Below are positions 10,201-19,558 of a DNA stretch of 64,000 nt, piece after piece (the stretch's first letter is position 1; the number at the start of each line of letters is the position of its first letter). Made by a program: the position numbers and the translations under genes. The DNA comes from Bacteroidetes bacterium HLUCCA01. GTDB taxonomy: Bacteria; Bacteroidota; Rhodothermia; Balneolales; HLUCCA01. Below the pieces are notes generated by a model, which saw only the letters and a program-made list of their open reading frames with translations, had not been told where the DNA came from and ran no database searches. The DNA lies in contig LIHN01000007.1 in the NCBI GenBank assembly GCA_001314545.1, positions 31,217 through 95,216 on the forward strand, written 5' to 3'.

Positions 10201-10688
10201 CGCAGCGGCATTACATACACGTCCATATTGCCGAACTGTCCGGAGGAGAAAGCCAGCCAATTCCCATCCGGTGATACGGAGGGTCGGGTCTCCACCCCAT
10301 CCATGGCCGTAATGCGAACCGCCTGTCCGCCGGATGCGGGCACCTTCCACAAATCACTCTCGTAGCTGAAAATAATGGTCTGACCGTCGGGAGTCAGGGT
10401 TGGATGGGAGACAAAAAACGGCGCGGAAGCCCCCGGGACCTGGGGTAAATCCGGGCTTTGGGTTGGTACCGGTAGCCGGGTTAAAGCCGGGCTTTGAGAC
10501 TGTATCGAATTTAGGGTCTGTGCCGAATTTGGAGTCTGTACCGGACTTAGGACCAGTGCCGAATTTGGGGACTGTGCCGGACTTAGGACCAGTGCCGAAC
10601 TCTGAGCCTGTACCAGACTTTGGACCTGAATCGTGCTCAAGCCCGTCATTACCATGAAAACCAGCGGGAGCCGTAATAGAAACTTCAT
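7278..10688 (-). CDS. Tricorn-like protease: TolB/PD40 beta-propellers plus PDZ plus C-terminal S41 peptidase
   Basis: Start chosen at ATG 10688 (MKFLLRLPLVFMVMTG, signal-peptide-like). There are many SPDG-type PD40 repeats. The C-terminal tail-specific protease region reads (LINEHSLSDAEMTAAGF...GMETYRW). About 1136 aa, typical of this family. Confidence 0.85.
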   Translation of the reverse strand: MKFLLRLPLVFMVMTGLSTIQVQSLVQAQSSALVLSPAQSPNSALVLSPVQTPNSAQTLNSIQSQSPALTRLPVPTQSPDLPQVPGASAPFFVSHPTLTPDGQTIIFSYESDLWKVPASGGQAVRITAMDGVETRPSVSPDGNWLAFSSGQFGNMDVYVMPLRGGEIRQLTWHEATDELEGWSWDSSTLYFTSNRENRFSTWQVDLDGGTPARLFRHYHVNDHNLAAHPDGSFLFNTSWESKNQAHRKGYRGAFAPQIEQYHPDPDAGGRNSSGAPSQQGASAPQTGGSTGDGVSGEAYRVLTSHDGKNMWPSVSRDGTIFYVSDAWNGEYNLYRLNREGTPVLLTEFDTSVKHPRVSADGSRVVFTRDYQLWHYDVAEGQAQPVIFSVFGNSTLERGQDFRVQGNITAFDVSPDTDKLAFVSRGELFVSDAEGKFVRHMPTRSDGRVMEVYWMDDNRTILFNQTWNGYQNWFTMDASGNGPEIQRTSDLRNNRGLALSNDRTRAVYLSGRDQVRIMELSSFESQTVVEDQVWDIQWSRPSFSPDDRYILFTAYRTFEQNIYVHELETAQTLAITDTYVSETQPFWSPDGRYIYFQTNRTRPAYPYGMRDSDIYRIALDYIQPSLRSGRVQALFETDEDDEDAEQLVQVTINAGGLADRWEQVGPSFGTQTSPFVHIDGDKTYVVYRSNHDEGRFALWKTVFEPFESPVTEKIAGTELWAASPVEVDGKHWLLLGGDIHTLNLSGGSVKKLDIRHTFQRNLRAEFDQMFEEMWANLESNFYNEDFHGRDWEAIRERYRRFMPYVRSRADLRELKNDMLGELNTSHIGFGSSGSEEEVYHGSATAATGIVFDSANPFEVRGVVRGARALTAVDGLRSGDVLTAVNGVEVDQGQNREYYFSFPGRPDELVLRFERDGQGFEHTVTPVSYAVVRNLLYDEWMHERQEIVDESSEGRIAYIHMKNMGGGELQHFLEEMVSEGQGREALILDLRYNTGGNVHDEVLRFLSQQPYLNWGYRGGPLAPQSNFTPGIKPTVLLINEHSLSDAEMTAAGFRELGLGTIVGMETYRWIIFTSGAGLVDGSFYRLPSWGVYTFTGENLEFTGVAPDVEVPKTFADRVNNRDPQLVRAIEIILEKLEE
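10451..10628. repeat. Degenerate 18/36-bp tandem repeat inside the protease gene, encoding an S/P/Q-rich linker
   Basis: ccggacttaggaccagtgccgaa occurs at 10541 and 10577 (36-bp period), flanked by weaker 18-bp copies. It translates as SSALVLSPAQSPNSALVLSPVQTPNSAQTLNS directly after the signal peptide. Confidence 0.7.
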
Positions 10689-10774
10689 AGATAGCCTTCG
10701 GTTAAGATATGCAGGGTACTCAGAACTATTCAGCGGCACAGGTACCGCAACCAGACACTCGATGGTCCGTTGGG

Positions 10775-13192
10775 TTACCGGAAAATATGTGGTAACGCCT
10801 CCTCCACCGTACTCACCGCAATAATAGTGAGACCTTCCTTAACCTTTTCGGGTATTTCGGAGAGATCTTTCAGGTTATCACGGGGTATGAGTACCTTGGC
10901 AATCCGGTTGCGCTGCGCTGCCAGAAGCTTCTCATTGAGTCCGCCGATGGCATACACCTCTCCCCGGAGGGTTATTTCCCCGGTCATGGCCACATCGTGG
11001 CGAACCGGCCGGCGCGTAATCAACGACATAATCGCCAGAGCCATGGCCATACCCGCGCTGGGCCCATCCTTGGGAATAGCTCCCTCGGGTATATGCAGGT
11101 GAAACTCGTGATTGTCAAAGTAATCATCGGCTATTCCGAGCTCTTCGGCGCGTGAACGGATGTAGGTCAGCGCAGCCTGAGCCGACTCTTTCATTACATC
11201 GCCAAGCTGACCGGTCAGTGTGAATTTGGACTTACCCTTAACCACGGCCACATCAATCTGCAGGATGGATCCACCGGTAGACGTCCAGGCCAGACCGTTT
11301 ATAGAACCGATCTTATCATGCTTGTCCAGATCTCTGTCTCGATATTTCTCAACCCCCAGAAATTCGTGGATCCGCTCCATATTGATGGTGATACTGGACT
11401 TTCGTTTACCAGCACTACGGGCATCTACCTCCATACGGGCAATTTTCCGGCAAACCGCCGCCAGCTGCTGTTCCAGTTGCCGCACGCCCGACTCCGCCGT
11501 ATACTTCCGGATGATTTCCAGAATGGCGTCCGCTTTAAACTTGATCCGCGAGGGGGTTAATCCATGGCTTTCATACAGTTTGGGCAGCAGGTGCTTACGT
11601 GCAATCTCCAGTTTATCGTGCTCCAGATAACCCGGCAGATTGATAATCTCCATGCGATCCAGCAGGGCCGACTGAATATTGCTGGCGACGTTCGCCGTGG
11701 TGATGAACATGACCTGGGATAAGTCGAAATCGATATCCAGATAGTGGTCGTTAAACGTGGAATTTTGCTCCGGGTCCAGCACCTCCAGCACCGCCGAGGA
11801 GGGATCGCCCCGGAAATCATGACCCAGCTTGTCGATTTCGTCCAGAATAATCACCGGATTCATGGTACCGGCCTTTTTGATCCCCTGAATAATCCGTCCC
11901 GGCATAGATCCGATGTAGGTTTTGCGATGTCCCCGGATTTCAGCTTCATCGCTGACCCCGCCCAACGCTATACGCACCGTCTTACGACCCAGGGCATTGG
12001 CTATCGACTTGGCGAGGGAAGTTTTTCCGGTACCCGGCGGACCAACAAAACACAGGATCTGGCTTTTAATGGACTTGACCAGATTCAGTACTGCGATGTA
12101 CTCCAGAATGCGTTCCTTGGGTTTTTCCAGCCCAAAATGATCCTTATCCAGCTCTTCCTGAGCCGTTTTCATATCCAGAATATCTTCACTGCGCGTGCCC
12201 CAAGGCATGGAAACCAGCCAGTCAATGTAATTGCGGGCAACGGTATACTCCGGCGACATGGCCGGGGTTTTGCGTAGCCTTTCCAACTCTTCGGTGGCCT
12301 TGCTGCGTGCCTGTTCGCTCATCTGGAGCGAGTCGATCTGTTCTTTTAACCGGGCCAGCTCCGGATCACCGAAATCGTTTTCATCCAGCTCTTCCTGAAG
12401 GGCCCGGATTTGCTCCTGTATGTAGAACCGCTTCTGGGTTTCCTGAATCTCCTCCTGAACGCGCTCATTTATTTTATTGGAAACCTCCAGGACCTCCAGC
12501 TCACTGGTCAGCATGGTCAACAGTCGTTTGAACATAGCATCCAGCGAACGCTCCTGCAGCATTTTCTGACGGTCATCAAGCTCAAGGTCGAGGTAGGAAG
12601 CCATGTAAAAAAGCTGCTTGGACGGCTCCGCCTCCGGATCAAAGCCAAGGAGTACCTCTTCGGGCAGCTCGGTATTCATCATCACAAAGCGCTCAAATTT
12701 TTCGCGTGTTTTGCGGATGAGGGTTTTCAGCACGGTCCGATTTCGGCTGGAAGGGGCCCCGGTCACCTTGAATGTAGCCGCGAAATAGGGCTCATTTTGA
12801 GTGAATTTGCGGATTTTCATCACATCTACCCCGCTGACCAGCACTTTCATCAGGTTATTGGGAAGACGCAGAACCTGAACAATTCGGGCGAGCGTGCCTG
12901 TTTTATGCAGCTCATCGGCAGCGGGCTCTTCCTCGTCGGGGTCAACCTGGGTAGCCAGGAGGATGAATTTATGACTGCTGGCAACGGCTTCAATCGCTTT
13001 GATGGTGGTGTCACGTCCTACCAGAATGGGAAACATCGTGAACGGAAATATAACCGTATCGCGCAGGGGCAGAACCGGGAGTTCCTCGGGAATATCATCG
13101 TTCTCCATGGATGCTTCCAGCAGGAGCTGGTCGATGCCGGAGAGCAGCAGGTCGGAGTCTATCGGTTCGGATGCTTTCTTCTTTTTGGCCAT
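10775..13192 (-). CDS. lon: ATP-dependent Lon protease
   Basis: Lon N-terminal domain, AAA+ Walker A GPPGTGKTS, Walker B ILDEIDK, and a protease domain with PKDGPSAG (catalytic Ser). Confidence 0.95.
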   Translation of the reverse strand: MAKKKKASEPIDSDLLLSGIDQLLLEASMENDDIPEELPVLPLRDTVIFPFTMFPILVGRDTTIKAIEAVASSHKFILLATQVDPDEEEPAADELHKTGTLARIVQVLRLPNNLMKVLVSGVDVMKIRKFTQNEPYFAATFKVTGAPSSRNRTVLKTLIRKTREKFERFVMMNTELPEEVLLGFDPEAEPSKQLFYMASYLDLELDDRQKMLQERSLDAMFKRLLTMLTSELEVLEVSNKINERVQEEIQETQKRFYIQEQIRALQEELDENDFGDPELARLKEQIDSLQMSEQARSKATEELERLRKTPAMSPEYTVARNYIDWLVSMPWGTRSEDILDMKTAQEELDKDHFGLEKPKERILEYIAVLNLVKSIKSQILCFVGPPGTGKTSLAKSIANALGRKTVRIALGGVSDEAEIRGHRKTYIGSMPGRIIQGIKKAGTMNPVIILDEIDKLGHDFRGDPSSAVLEVLDPEQNSTFNDHYLDIDFDLSQVMFITTANVASNIQSALLDRMEIINLPGYLEHDKLEIARKHLLPKLYESHGLTPSRIKFKADAILEIIRKYTAESGVRQLEQQLAAVCRKIARMEVDARSAGKRKSSITINMERIHEFLGVEKYRDRDLDKHDKIGSINGLAWTSTGGSILQIDVAVVKGKSKFTLTGQLGDVMKESAQAALTYIRSRAEELGIADDYFDNHEFHLHIPEGAIPKDGPSAGMAMALAIMSLITRRPVRHDVAMTGEITLRGEVYAIGGLNEKLLAAQRNRIAKVLIPRDNLKDLSEIPEKVKEGLTIIAVSTVEEALPHIFR

Positions 13193-13420
13193 AATGCTGT
13201 TGGGTTGTACTTTAGTCGACCGAAAGATAGGGAAAATTGCCGTGTACCGCTGTGGAGGTAAACTTTCGTTCCGGAATTTGTGCGGTCTGGTGTAATATTT
13301 TATCGCTGTACGACTCTATATAGCAGATGGAATGTAACTGTGCAGAGCTGTAATTTGTTTAGCCGGCAAAACACGCTGGTTCCGCAGCGCTGTGCAAAAC
13401 CCGAAACCCGTGATTTTCCC

Positions 13421-15130
13421 ATGATTGAATCCATTTACGTCAAAGACTTTGCCCTTATTGATGAACTGGAGGTAACCCCCGGCACCGGACTGAATATCAT
13501 CACCGGTCAGACGGGAGCCGGAAAGTCGATTCTCATCGGTGCACTCAATATGATTCTGGGCGAGCGTGCCGATACAGACACCATCCGGCACGGGGCGCAA
13601 AAGGCGGTTGCCGAGGCGCTGATTCGTGTGGGCGATGATACCAGAATCCGCGCTGTACTCAGCGATGCCGAGGTCGAATACCGTGAGGTACTGATTCTTC
13701 GCCGGGAAATCCGGGCTTCGGCCAGTCGCGCCTTTATCAACGACACCCCGGTGCCGGTGGGGATCCTCAAAAAAGTGGGCGATCTGCTGGTTGACCTGCA
13801 TGGACAGCACGACCATCAGCTGCTGCTTCGGGAAGAACACCATCGTGAAGTTGTAGATGGTCTTTCCGCGGTTCAACCTCACCTCAATAGCTACAGAGCT
13901 CAGTTTGACCAGGTTGCAGGCCTGCGCAGGGAACTTCAGAAGCTGCAAAAAAAGGAGAAAGAACTCCTTGAAAAGCAGGAACTCTACCGGTTTCAGCTCA
14001 GAGAACTGGAGACGGTACAACCGGATCCCCATGAATATGCGGAGCTGGAAAGTGAGATGCGGTTGCTTGATAATGCCGAGGAGCTCGACCAGAAAGCCGG
14101 TCTGGTGGTTAGCCTGGGCAGTGAGTCGGATGCCAACGCGGAAGATATCCTCACCGCCATGGGGAACGCGCTGGAAGACCTGGTTCGCATTGAAGAGGGT
14201 TTCGAAAGCTATCTGCAGGAATTCAATGCGGCCCGGATCAGCATCCGGGAGGCGGTACGGTATGCCGAGCGGTACCGGTCCAATATTGAATTCAACCCGC
14301 AGCGGCTTGAATTTTTGCGCGGCCGACAAGCAGAAATCCGTCGTATTGAAAAGAAATACGGCAAAAGTATGGAGGAACTGGTCGCCTACATGGATGAGCT
14401 TCGGGAAAACCTGAATCTGGCCGACAATTATGACCTGGAAATTGAGCGACTCCAGCTGCGGGTTGACGAAGCGACGGATCAGCTCCGCGAAAAAGCCGAA
14501 ATCCTGCATGCCGCCCGGGAGTCCGAGTCTGCCAGACTCGGGGAGAAAATCGTGACTGAGCTGCGCAAATTGGGTATTACCCATGCTGCTTTTCAGACCA
14601 AAGTGGAATGGTTATACAGTAACGATGGGTGGCTGACGATCGGAAATCGCCGGGTATCCTGTTCCGAATACGGTGGCGATGAAGTCCGCTTTTACATCTC
14701 GACGAACAAGGGAGAAGTTCCCAAGCCCTTGTCGAAAACTGCTTCAGGTGGTGAGATAAGCCGCATCATGCTGGCCCTGAAGTCTATCCTTGCCCGGGAG
14801 CAGTCGTTGCCGGTGATGATATTTGATGAGATAGACACGGGAATCAGCGGGGAGGTGGCCGAGCAGGTAGGACAAACCATGCGCGCGCTGGCTTCGCATT
14901 GCCAGATTCTGGCTATCACCCACCAGCCTCAGATTGCCTGCCAGGCCCACCATCACTTCAGGGTGTCCAAACAGGAGGAAGGAGAGCGAACCATCACGCA
15001 TATCCAGAAACTGGAAGCTGAGGAACATGTGCGCGAAGTAGCCACGCTGATGAGTGGCGCAACCCTGAGCGAATCGGCCGTGATCAGTGCCCGCGAGCTG
15101 ATTGCAAAAGCGGAGATGGCAGACGATTGA
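13421..15130 (+). CDS. recN: DNA repair protein RecN
   Basis: Start at ATG 13421 (MIESIYVKDFALIDELEV). Walker A GQTGAGKS, a long central coiled coil, SMC signature ASGGEISR and Walker B MIFDEIDTG. Confidence 0.9.
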   Translation: MIESIYVKDFALIDELEVTPGTGLNIITGQTGAGKSILIGALNMILGERADTDTIRHGAQKAVAEALIRVGDDTRIRAVLSDAEVEYREVLILRREIRASASRAFINDTPVPVGILKKVGDLLVDLHGQHDHQLLLREEHHREVVDGLSAVQPHLNSYRAQFDQVAGLRRELQKLQKKEKELLEKQELYRFQLRELETVQPDPHEYAELESEMRLLDNAEELDQKAGLVVSLGSESDANAEDILTAMGNALEDLVRIEEGFESYLQEFNAARISIREAVRYAERYRSNIEFNPQRLEFLRGRQAEIRRIEKKYGKSMEELVAYMDELRENLNLADNYDLEIERLQLRVDEATDQLREKAEILHAARESESARLGEKIVTELRKLGITHAAFQTKVEWLYSNDGWLTIGNRRVSCSEYGGDEVRFYISTNKGEVPKPLSKTASGGEISRIMLALKSILAREQSLPVMIFDEIDTGISGEVAEQVGQTMRALASHCQILAITHQPQIACQAHHHFRVSKQEEGERTITHIQKLEAEEHVREVATLMSGATLSESAVISARELIAKAEMADD

Positions 15131-17036
15131 GCTCGGTATGCACCATCTCGGTTACGGCCTGAGCATCAATGCCAACTTCACGATACAGCTCTTTTTGAGA
15201 GCCGTGTTCAATAATTGCATCCGGAACACCCATAATTTTTACGGCAAGTCCCGGGTGGTTTTCAGCCACATACTCAGCTACCGCGCTTCCAAAGCCTCCC
15301 AGCCGCGTGCCATCTTCAATGGTGATGAGTCGCTGGTAACGGTTGGCAATGGTATCGATCAGGGCCGTATCAAGGGGTTTGACAAAACGCATATTGTAAT
15401 GCCCGACGGAGATACCTTCTTCGGCAAGTTGCGCTGCGGCTTTGACCACCTCGTTACCGATGGTTCCGTAGGATAGTACCGCTATGTCATCTCCCTCGCG
15501 AAGCTGCTGCCCCTTACCGATTTCCATCGCAGAGGGCTGCTGGCCTTCCGGAAGGAATCCCTGTGCTTCACCGCGAGGGTAGCGGATGGCAAAAGCACCG
15601 TCTTCATAACCTGAGGCCGTGAACATCATGTCACGCAACTCGATTTCATTCATCGGGGCACCGACTACAATATTCGGGATGGCCCGCAGATAGCTGATGT
15701 CATACAATCCGTGGTGGGTCGGACCGTCAGCACCTACCAGTCCGGCGCGATCCATACATAGCACAACGGGCAGTTTCTGAATGCAGACATCGTGAATAAC
15801 CTGGTCGTATGCACGCTGCATGAACGTGGAGTAAATGGCTACGAAGGGTTTGAGACCCTGGGTGGCCAGTCCGGCTGCAAAGGTGACGCCGTGCTGCTCG
15901 GCAATGCCTACATCGTAAGTTCGCTCAGGCATGAGTTTCATCATCTTGAGCAGGCCCGTACCACTGGGCATGGCTGCAGTGATGCCCACAATACGTCGAT
16001 CATTTTCAGCAAGATGGATGAGGGTATCGGCAAAAATATCCTGGTATTTGGGCTTGCCGGGTTTGACGGGTTTGACGGCCAGTGAAGCGCCGGACACCTT
16101 GTCGAACGGACTGCCCGAGGCGTGCCATTTGACCTGATCTTTCTCGGCGGGCGCAAAACCCTTGCCTTTGACGGTAACCACATGCAGCAGTTTGGGTCCG
16201 GGTATTTTTTTCAGATCTTTGAGCGTTCTGGCCAGATTCTTCACATTATGCCCGTCTACGGGACCGTAGTACTTGAATCCGAGCGCCCGGAACAGCGATC
16301 CCGGGGTGAGGGCTGTGGTCATGGCCGCCTCCAGCCGGGAAGCTACCTTCCGCATTTTGTCGCCGGCCGACTTAAAATGACCGAGGAGGTCGTACACCTC
16401 GTCGCGGATTTTATTGAACGTGCCGCTGGATGTGATATCAGCCAGGTACTCATTCAGTGCCCCGACATTCGGGTCGATGGACATGCGATTGTCATTGAGG
16501 ATGACCAGCACATTGCTGTTCATGGCTCCGGCATTGTTCAGTGCCTCAAAGGCAAGCCCTGCCGACATCGATCCGTCTCCGATGACAGCAACCACATGTT
16601 TGTCTTCCTGATTGTGGTCGCGTCCCACCGCCATACCAAGAGCGGCGGAAATAGAGGTACTGGAGTGGCCTACCCCGAAGGTATCGTACGGACTTTCACT
16701 GCGTTTCGGAAAACCTGACAGACCGCCGTACTTACGGTTGGTATGAAAATTGTCCCGACGGCCGGTCAGAATCTTATGGCCGTATGCCTGATGGCCCACA
16801 TCCCATACAATCATATCGTCGGGGGTGTTGTAGGCATGGTGCAGGGCAACGGTGAGCTCAACCACGCCCAGGCTCGCACCGAAGTGCCCCCCATGAATTG
16901 AGACTACGTCAATGATATAATCACGCAGCTCAAAGCTGAGATCCAGCAGCTGGTCCTGGCTCAGTTTTCGAATAGCTGCCGGGGAGTTGATAGTAGCCAG
17001 CAGGGGTCCGGGAGTTGCAACACGTTCGTCGGCCAT
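15084..17036 (-). CDS. dxs: 1-deoxy-D-xylulose-5-phosphate synthase
   Basis: Hallmark motifs GHQAYGHKILTGRR and the TPP-binding IGDGSMSAGLAFEALNNAG. Transketolase-like pyrimidine-binding and C-terminal domains are present. Confidence 0.95.
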   Translation of the reverse strand: MADERVATPGPLLATINSPAAIRKLSQDQLLDLSFELRDYIIDVVSIHGGHFGASLGVVELTVALHHAYNTPDDMIVWDVGHQAYGHKILTGRRDNFHTNRKYGGLSGFPKRSESPYDTFGVGHSSTSISAALGMAVGRDHNQEDKHVVAVIGDGSMSAGLAFEALNNAGAMNSNVLVILNDNRMSIDPNVGALNEYLADITSSGTFNKIRDEVYDLLGHFKSAGDKMRKVASRLEAAMTTALTPGSLFRALGFKYYGPVDGHNVKNLARTLKDLKKIPGPKLLHVVTVKGKGFAPAEKDQVKWHASGSPFDKVSGASLAVKPVKPGKPKYQDIFADTLIHLAENDRRIVGITAAMPSGTGLLKMMKLMPERTYDVGIAEQHGVTFAAGLATQGLKPFVAIYSTFMQRAYDQVIHDVCIQKLPVVLCMDRAGLVGADGPTHHGLYDISYLRAIPNIVVGAPMNEIELRDMMFTASGYEDGAFAIRYPRGEAQGFLPEGQQPSAMEIGKGQQLREGDDIAVLSYGTIGNEVVKAAAQLAEEGISVGHYNMRFVKPLDTALIDTIANRYQRLITIEDGTRLGGFGSAVAEYVAENHPGLAVKIMGVPDAIIEHGSQKELYREVGIDAQAVTEMVHTELNRLPSPLLQSARGH

Positions 17037-17038
17037 CG

Positions 17039-17233
17039 CTAAGAAGTTTGATCCTGATTTACTTTTTCAATGCGGAGCTCAGCTTGTTCCAGAATTTCGG
17101 AGCAGTGTTTGGAGAGTTTCATACCCTCCTCGTACAGCGAAACCGACTCTTCCAGAGAAACAGACCCGTCTTCGAGTTTGTTCACAATCGCTTCCAGCTT
17201 TTGTAAAGCTTCTTCAAAACTGATTCGTTCCAT
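17039..17233 (-). CDS. xseB: Exodeoxyribonuclease VII small subunit
   Basis: Start at ATG 17233 (MERISFEEALQKLEAIVNKLEDGSVSLEESVSLYEEGMKLSKHC), the typical XseB helical hairpin. The stop lies 2 nt before the dxs start. Confidence 0.8.
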   Translation of the reverse strand: MERISFEEALQKLEAIVNKLEDGSVSLEESVSLYEEGMKLSKHCSEILEQAELRIEKVNQDQTS

Positions 17234-17350
17234 GTGCAGGGTTTTCGGAGTGATGGGAGATGTCAATGGCTGACAACTTAGCAAATCAACGCAAAAGCTC
17301 CGCGATAAATTCTGTCCGCTGCAGAACGATTTCTAAAATGGATTGATTCT

Positions 17351-17368
17351 GTATTTGTATTCAAATAC
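17351..17368. promoter_or_regulatory. Inverted repeat gtatttg-tatt-caaatac upstream of the ferredoxin gene
   Basis: Two perfect 7-bp arms separated by 4 bp, 67-84 nt upstream of ATG 17435. Its function is unknown. Confidence 0.25.
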
Positions 17369-17434
17369 TTTTAGCCCACATTGTTAGGAAGGGAAAAAGT
17401 ATCCAGAACATCACAAAAAAGTAAAAGGAACACT

Positions 17435-17770
17435 ATGGCTTACGTTGTTACAGAACCCTGCGTGAACTGCAAGTACACCAATTGTGCTGCGGTTTGCCCT
17501 GTAGACGCTTTCCGGGAAGGACCCAACTTTCTGGTCATCGACCCAAACGAGTGCATTGACTGCGATGCGTGCGTATCGGAATGTCCGGTTGAGGCGATTT
17601 ATCCGGATGATGAAGTACCAGCAGAATGGGAACACTACATCGACTGGAACGAGCGGCTTGCAGAGAAATGGGAAGACCATGTCATTAATGAAACCAAAGA
17701 CGCCCTGCCCGATGCTGATGAATGGGCTACCAAGTCGAAATCTACGGATGACATCAAAGAAGACTGGTAA
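17435..17770 (+). CDS. fdxA: Ferredoxin, 7Fe (3Fe-4S plus 4Fe-4S) FdxA type
   Basis: Begins [26 protein letters not shown], followed by [12 protein letters not shown]. Size and C-terminal acidic extension fit FdxA-like ferredoxins. Confidence 0.85.
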   Translation: MAYVVTEPCVNCKYTNCAAVCPVDAFREGPNFLVIDPNECIDCDACVSECPVEAIYPDDEVPAEWEHYIDWNERLAEKWEDHVINETKDALPDADEWATKSKSTDDIKEDW

Positions 17771-17795
17771 TAACGGTCGATGTAGCACAATTCCG

Positions 17796-17827
17796 GGCCG
17801 GTTGTTATCTGACATCCGGCCTTTTTT
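17796..17827 (+). terminator. Putative rho-independent terminator after the ferredoxin gene
   Basis: A 6-bp GC stem (ggccgg/ccggcc) with a 14-nt loop, followed by tttttt. Confidence 0.45.
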
Positions 17828-17866
17828 GTACCCTTTACCATCGCGAAAACAACTTCCTCACCTGCT

Positions 17867-18688
17867 ATGACATCAGACCCATCCACCCAAACAAGCTACC
17901 CGCAGATTATGGGCATCCTCAACTGCACGCCCGACTCCTTCTCTGACGGGGGGCGGTTTCTGCAGACCGGGGCGGCCGTTGCACAGGCTGAACGCATGAT
18001 CGGCGAGGGTGCCGCGATTATTGACGTGGGCGGCGAATCGACAAGGCCCGGCAGCGATCCGGTGACGGTTGATGAGGAGCTTCAACGGGTGATTCCGGTG
18101 TTGAAGGCATGCATCCCCCGATGGCCTGAAATCCGTTTTTCCGTTGACACAACCAAATACGCCGTGGCGGAGGCGGCGTTGGAACTTGGGGCACACTACA
18201 TCAATGATGTCAGCGGACTGCGTGCCGAACCCCGGTTTCCTGCACTTTGTGCTGCCTATGGTGCCGGTCTTATCATCATGCATTCTACAGGCAACCCAAA
18301 AACCATGCAGGACAATCCGGTTTATGAGGATGTAGTTGCCGAGGTACTTGAAGCGCTTACCACCAGCGCCATGGAAGCGCGGCAGGCGGGTGTCCGGGAA
18401 GTCATCATTGATCCGGGCATTGGATTCGGCAAGACCTTGGAGCATAATCTGGAGCTGATCCGTGCTATACCCGATTTTGCAGCCAGCGGCTGGCCGGTAC
18501 TCATCGGGGCATCCCGAAAATCGATGTTGGGTGCCATCCTGAACGGCAGGCCGGCGGAGGGCCGGGTAGCAGGCACCATCGCACTGCACTTTTACGCACT
18601 CATGAAAGGTGCACACATCCTGCGGGTACACGACGTTCAGCAGGCGCATGACTCCCTGCTGGTATTCAAACACCTAACGGAATTGTAA
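17867..18688 (+). CDS. folP: Dihydropteroate synthase
   Basis: Pterin-binding motifs GILNCTPDSFSDGG, DVGGESTRPG, INDVSG and DPGIGFGK. Confidence 0.9.
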   Translation: MTSDPSTQTSYPQIMGILNCTPDSFSDGGRFLQTGAAVAQAERMIGEGAAIIDVGGESTRPGSDPVTVDEELQRVIPVLKACIPRWPEIRFSVDTTKYAVAEAALELGAHYINDVSGLRAEPRFPALCAAYGAGLIIMHSTGNPKTMQDNPVYEDVVAEVLEALTTSAMEARQAGVREVIIDPGIGFGKTLEHNLELIRAIPDFAASGWPVLIGASRKSMLGAILNGRPAEGRVAGTIALHFYALMKGAHILRVHDVQQAHDSLLVFKHLTEL

Positions 18689-18748
18689 ACTTTTTAAAGT
18701 ATATTCCCCCAACAGTAAAAATGCCCCGAACCTTCAGCAAATGCCACA

Positions 18749-19558
18749 TTGATTCCCTTAGGCTTCCTTGACTTTGGCTTAAAAGACCTCATCGAGACCG
18801 CCATTATCGCAGCGGCCATTTTTTATATGTACCGCTGGATACGCGGTTCATTTGCAGTGCCTGCTTTCCTGGGAATCCTCATCATTTTTGCCGTTAACGC
18901 CTTAGTGAGTCTGCTCGGATTCACCACCATCAACTTCATCCTTCGTCGCATCACCGACGTAGGTATCCTGGCGGTCATCATCATATTCCAGCCGGAAATC
19001 CGGAAATTGCTCTACAATCTGGGTCAGAATACCCGGTTCGACAAATTCTTCTCCCAGAAAGAAAGTGACACGGTAGTGGATGAAGTCGTTGATGCGGTGA
19101 AGTCTATGGCCCGGGTAAAAACCGGCGCCCTCATCGTTTTTTCGAAATCGGCCACGCTCAACGACCTCGTTGACGCCGGCATTCCCCTTGACGCGCGGGT
19201 CACCAGCAAACTGCTGGTCACAATTTTCCAGAAAGATACCCCCCTGCATGACGGGGCTGTGGTCATCCGCAACGACCGTATCGTAGCGGCCAGCTGTTAC
19301 CTGCCCATCAGCCAGAACCCCAATATTTCATCGGTTTTCGGAACACGGCACCGCGCTGCCCTGGGGATCAGTGAAACCAGCAACGTGCTGGTGGTGGTCG
19401 TTTCGGAAGAAACCGGGCGGATTTCCGTTGCTCGAAGCGGCTCGCTGGTGAGCGGCATGACCATTCAGAAACTACGCGCCGAAATGGAACAACACCTGAC
19501 CGACAAGCACCGCAGTGAGGATGCAGCTGTCGGTTTCAGTGGCAAGAGCGAGGAGTAA
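18749..19558 (+). CDS. cdaA: Diadenylate cyclase (c-di-AMP synthase), membrane-anchored CdaA/DacA type
   Basis: Three N-terminal TM helices followed by a DAC domain (LHDGAVVIR, GTRHRAALGISE, VVSEETG). There is no in-frame ATG near the N-terminus, so a TTG start at 18749 is assumed. Confidence 0.85.
   Translation: MIPLGFLDFGLKDLIETAIIAAAIFYMYRWIRGSFAVPAFLGILIIFAVNALVSLLGFTTINFILRRITDVGILAVIIIFQPEIRKLLYNLGQNTRFDKFFSQKESDTVVDEVVDAVKSMARVKTGALIVFSKSATLNDLVDAGIPLDARVTSKLLVTIFQKDTPLHDGAVVIRNDRIVAASCYLPISQNPNISSVFGTRHRAALGISETSNVLVVVVSEETGRISVARSGSLVSGMTIQKLRAEMEQHLTDKHRSEDAAVGFSGKSEE

Noticed and set aside
13316-14584. Long ORFs antisense to conserved genes. Examples: 422 aa opposite recN; 50180-51202 (340 aa) opposite cheA; 17873-18673 opposite folP; 37561-38388 opposite recJ; 62665-63456 opposite the hybrid kinase; 35009-35695 opposite dnaN; 7257-7994 opposite the protease; 12410-13261 opposite lon.
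   Set aside because: Each lies entirely within, and antisense to, a gene with strong family motifs. Their translations are compositionally skewed (R/S/G/P/H-rich) with no recognisable motifs. This is the usual shadow-ORF pattern in moderately GC-rich coding DNA.
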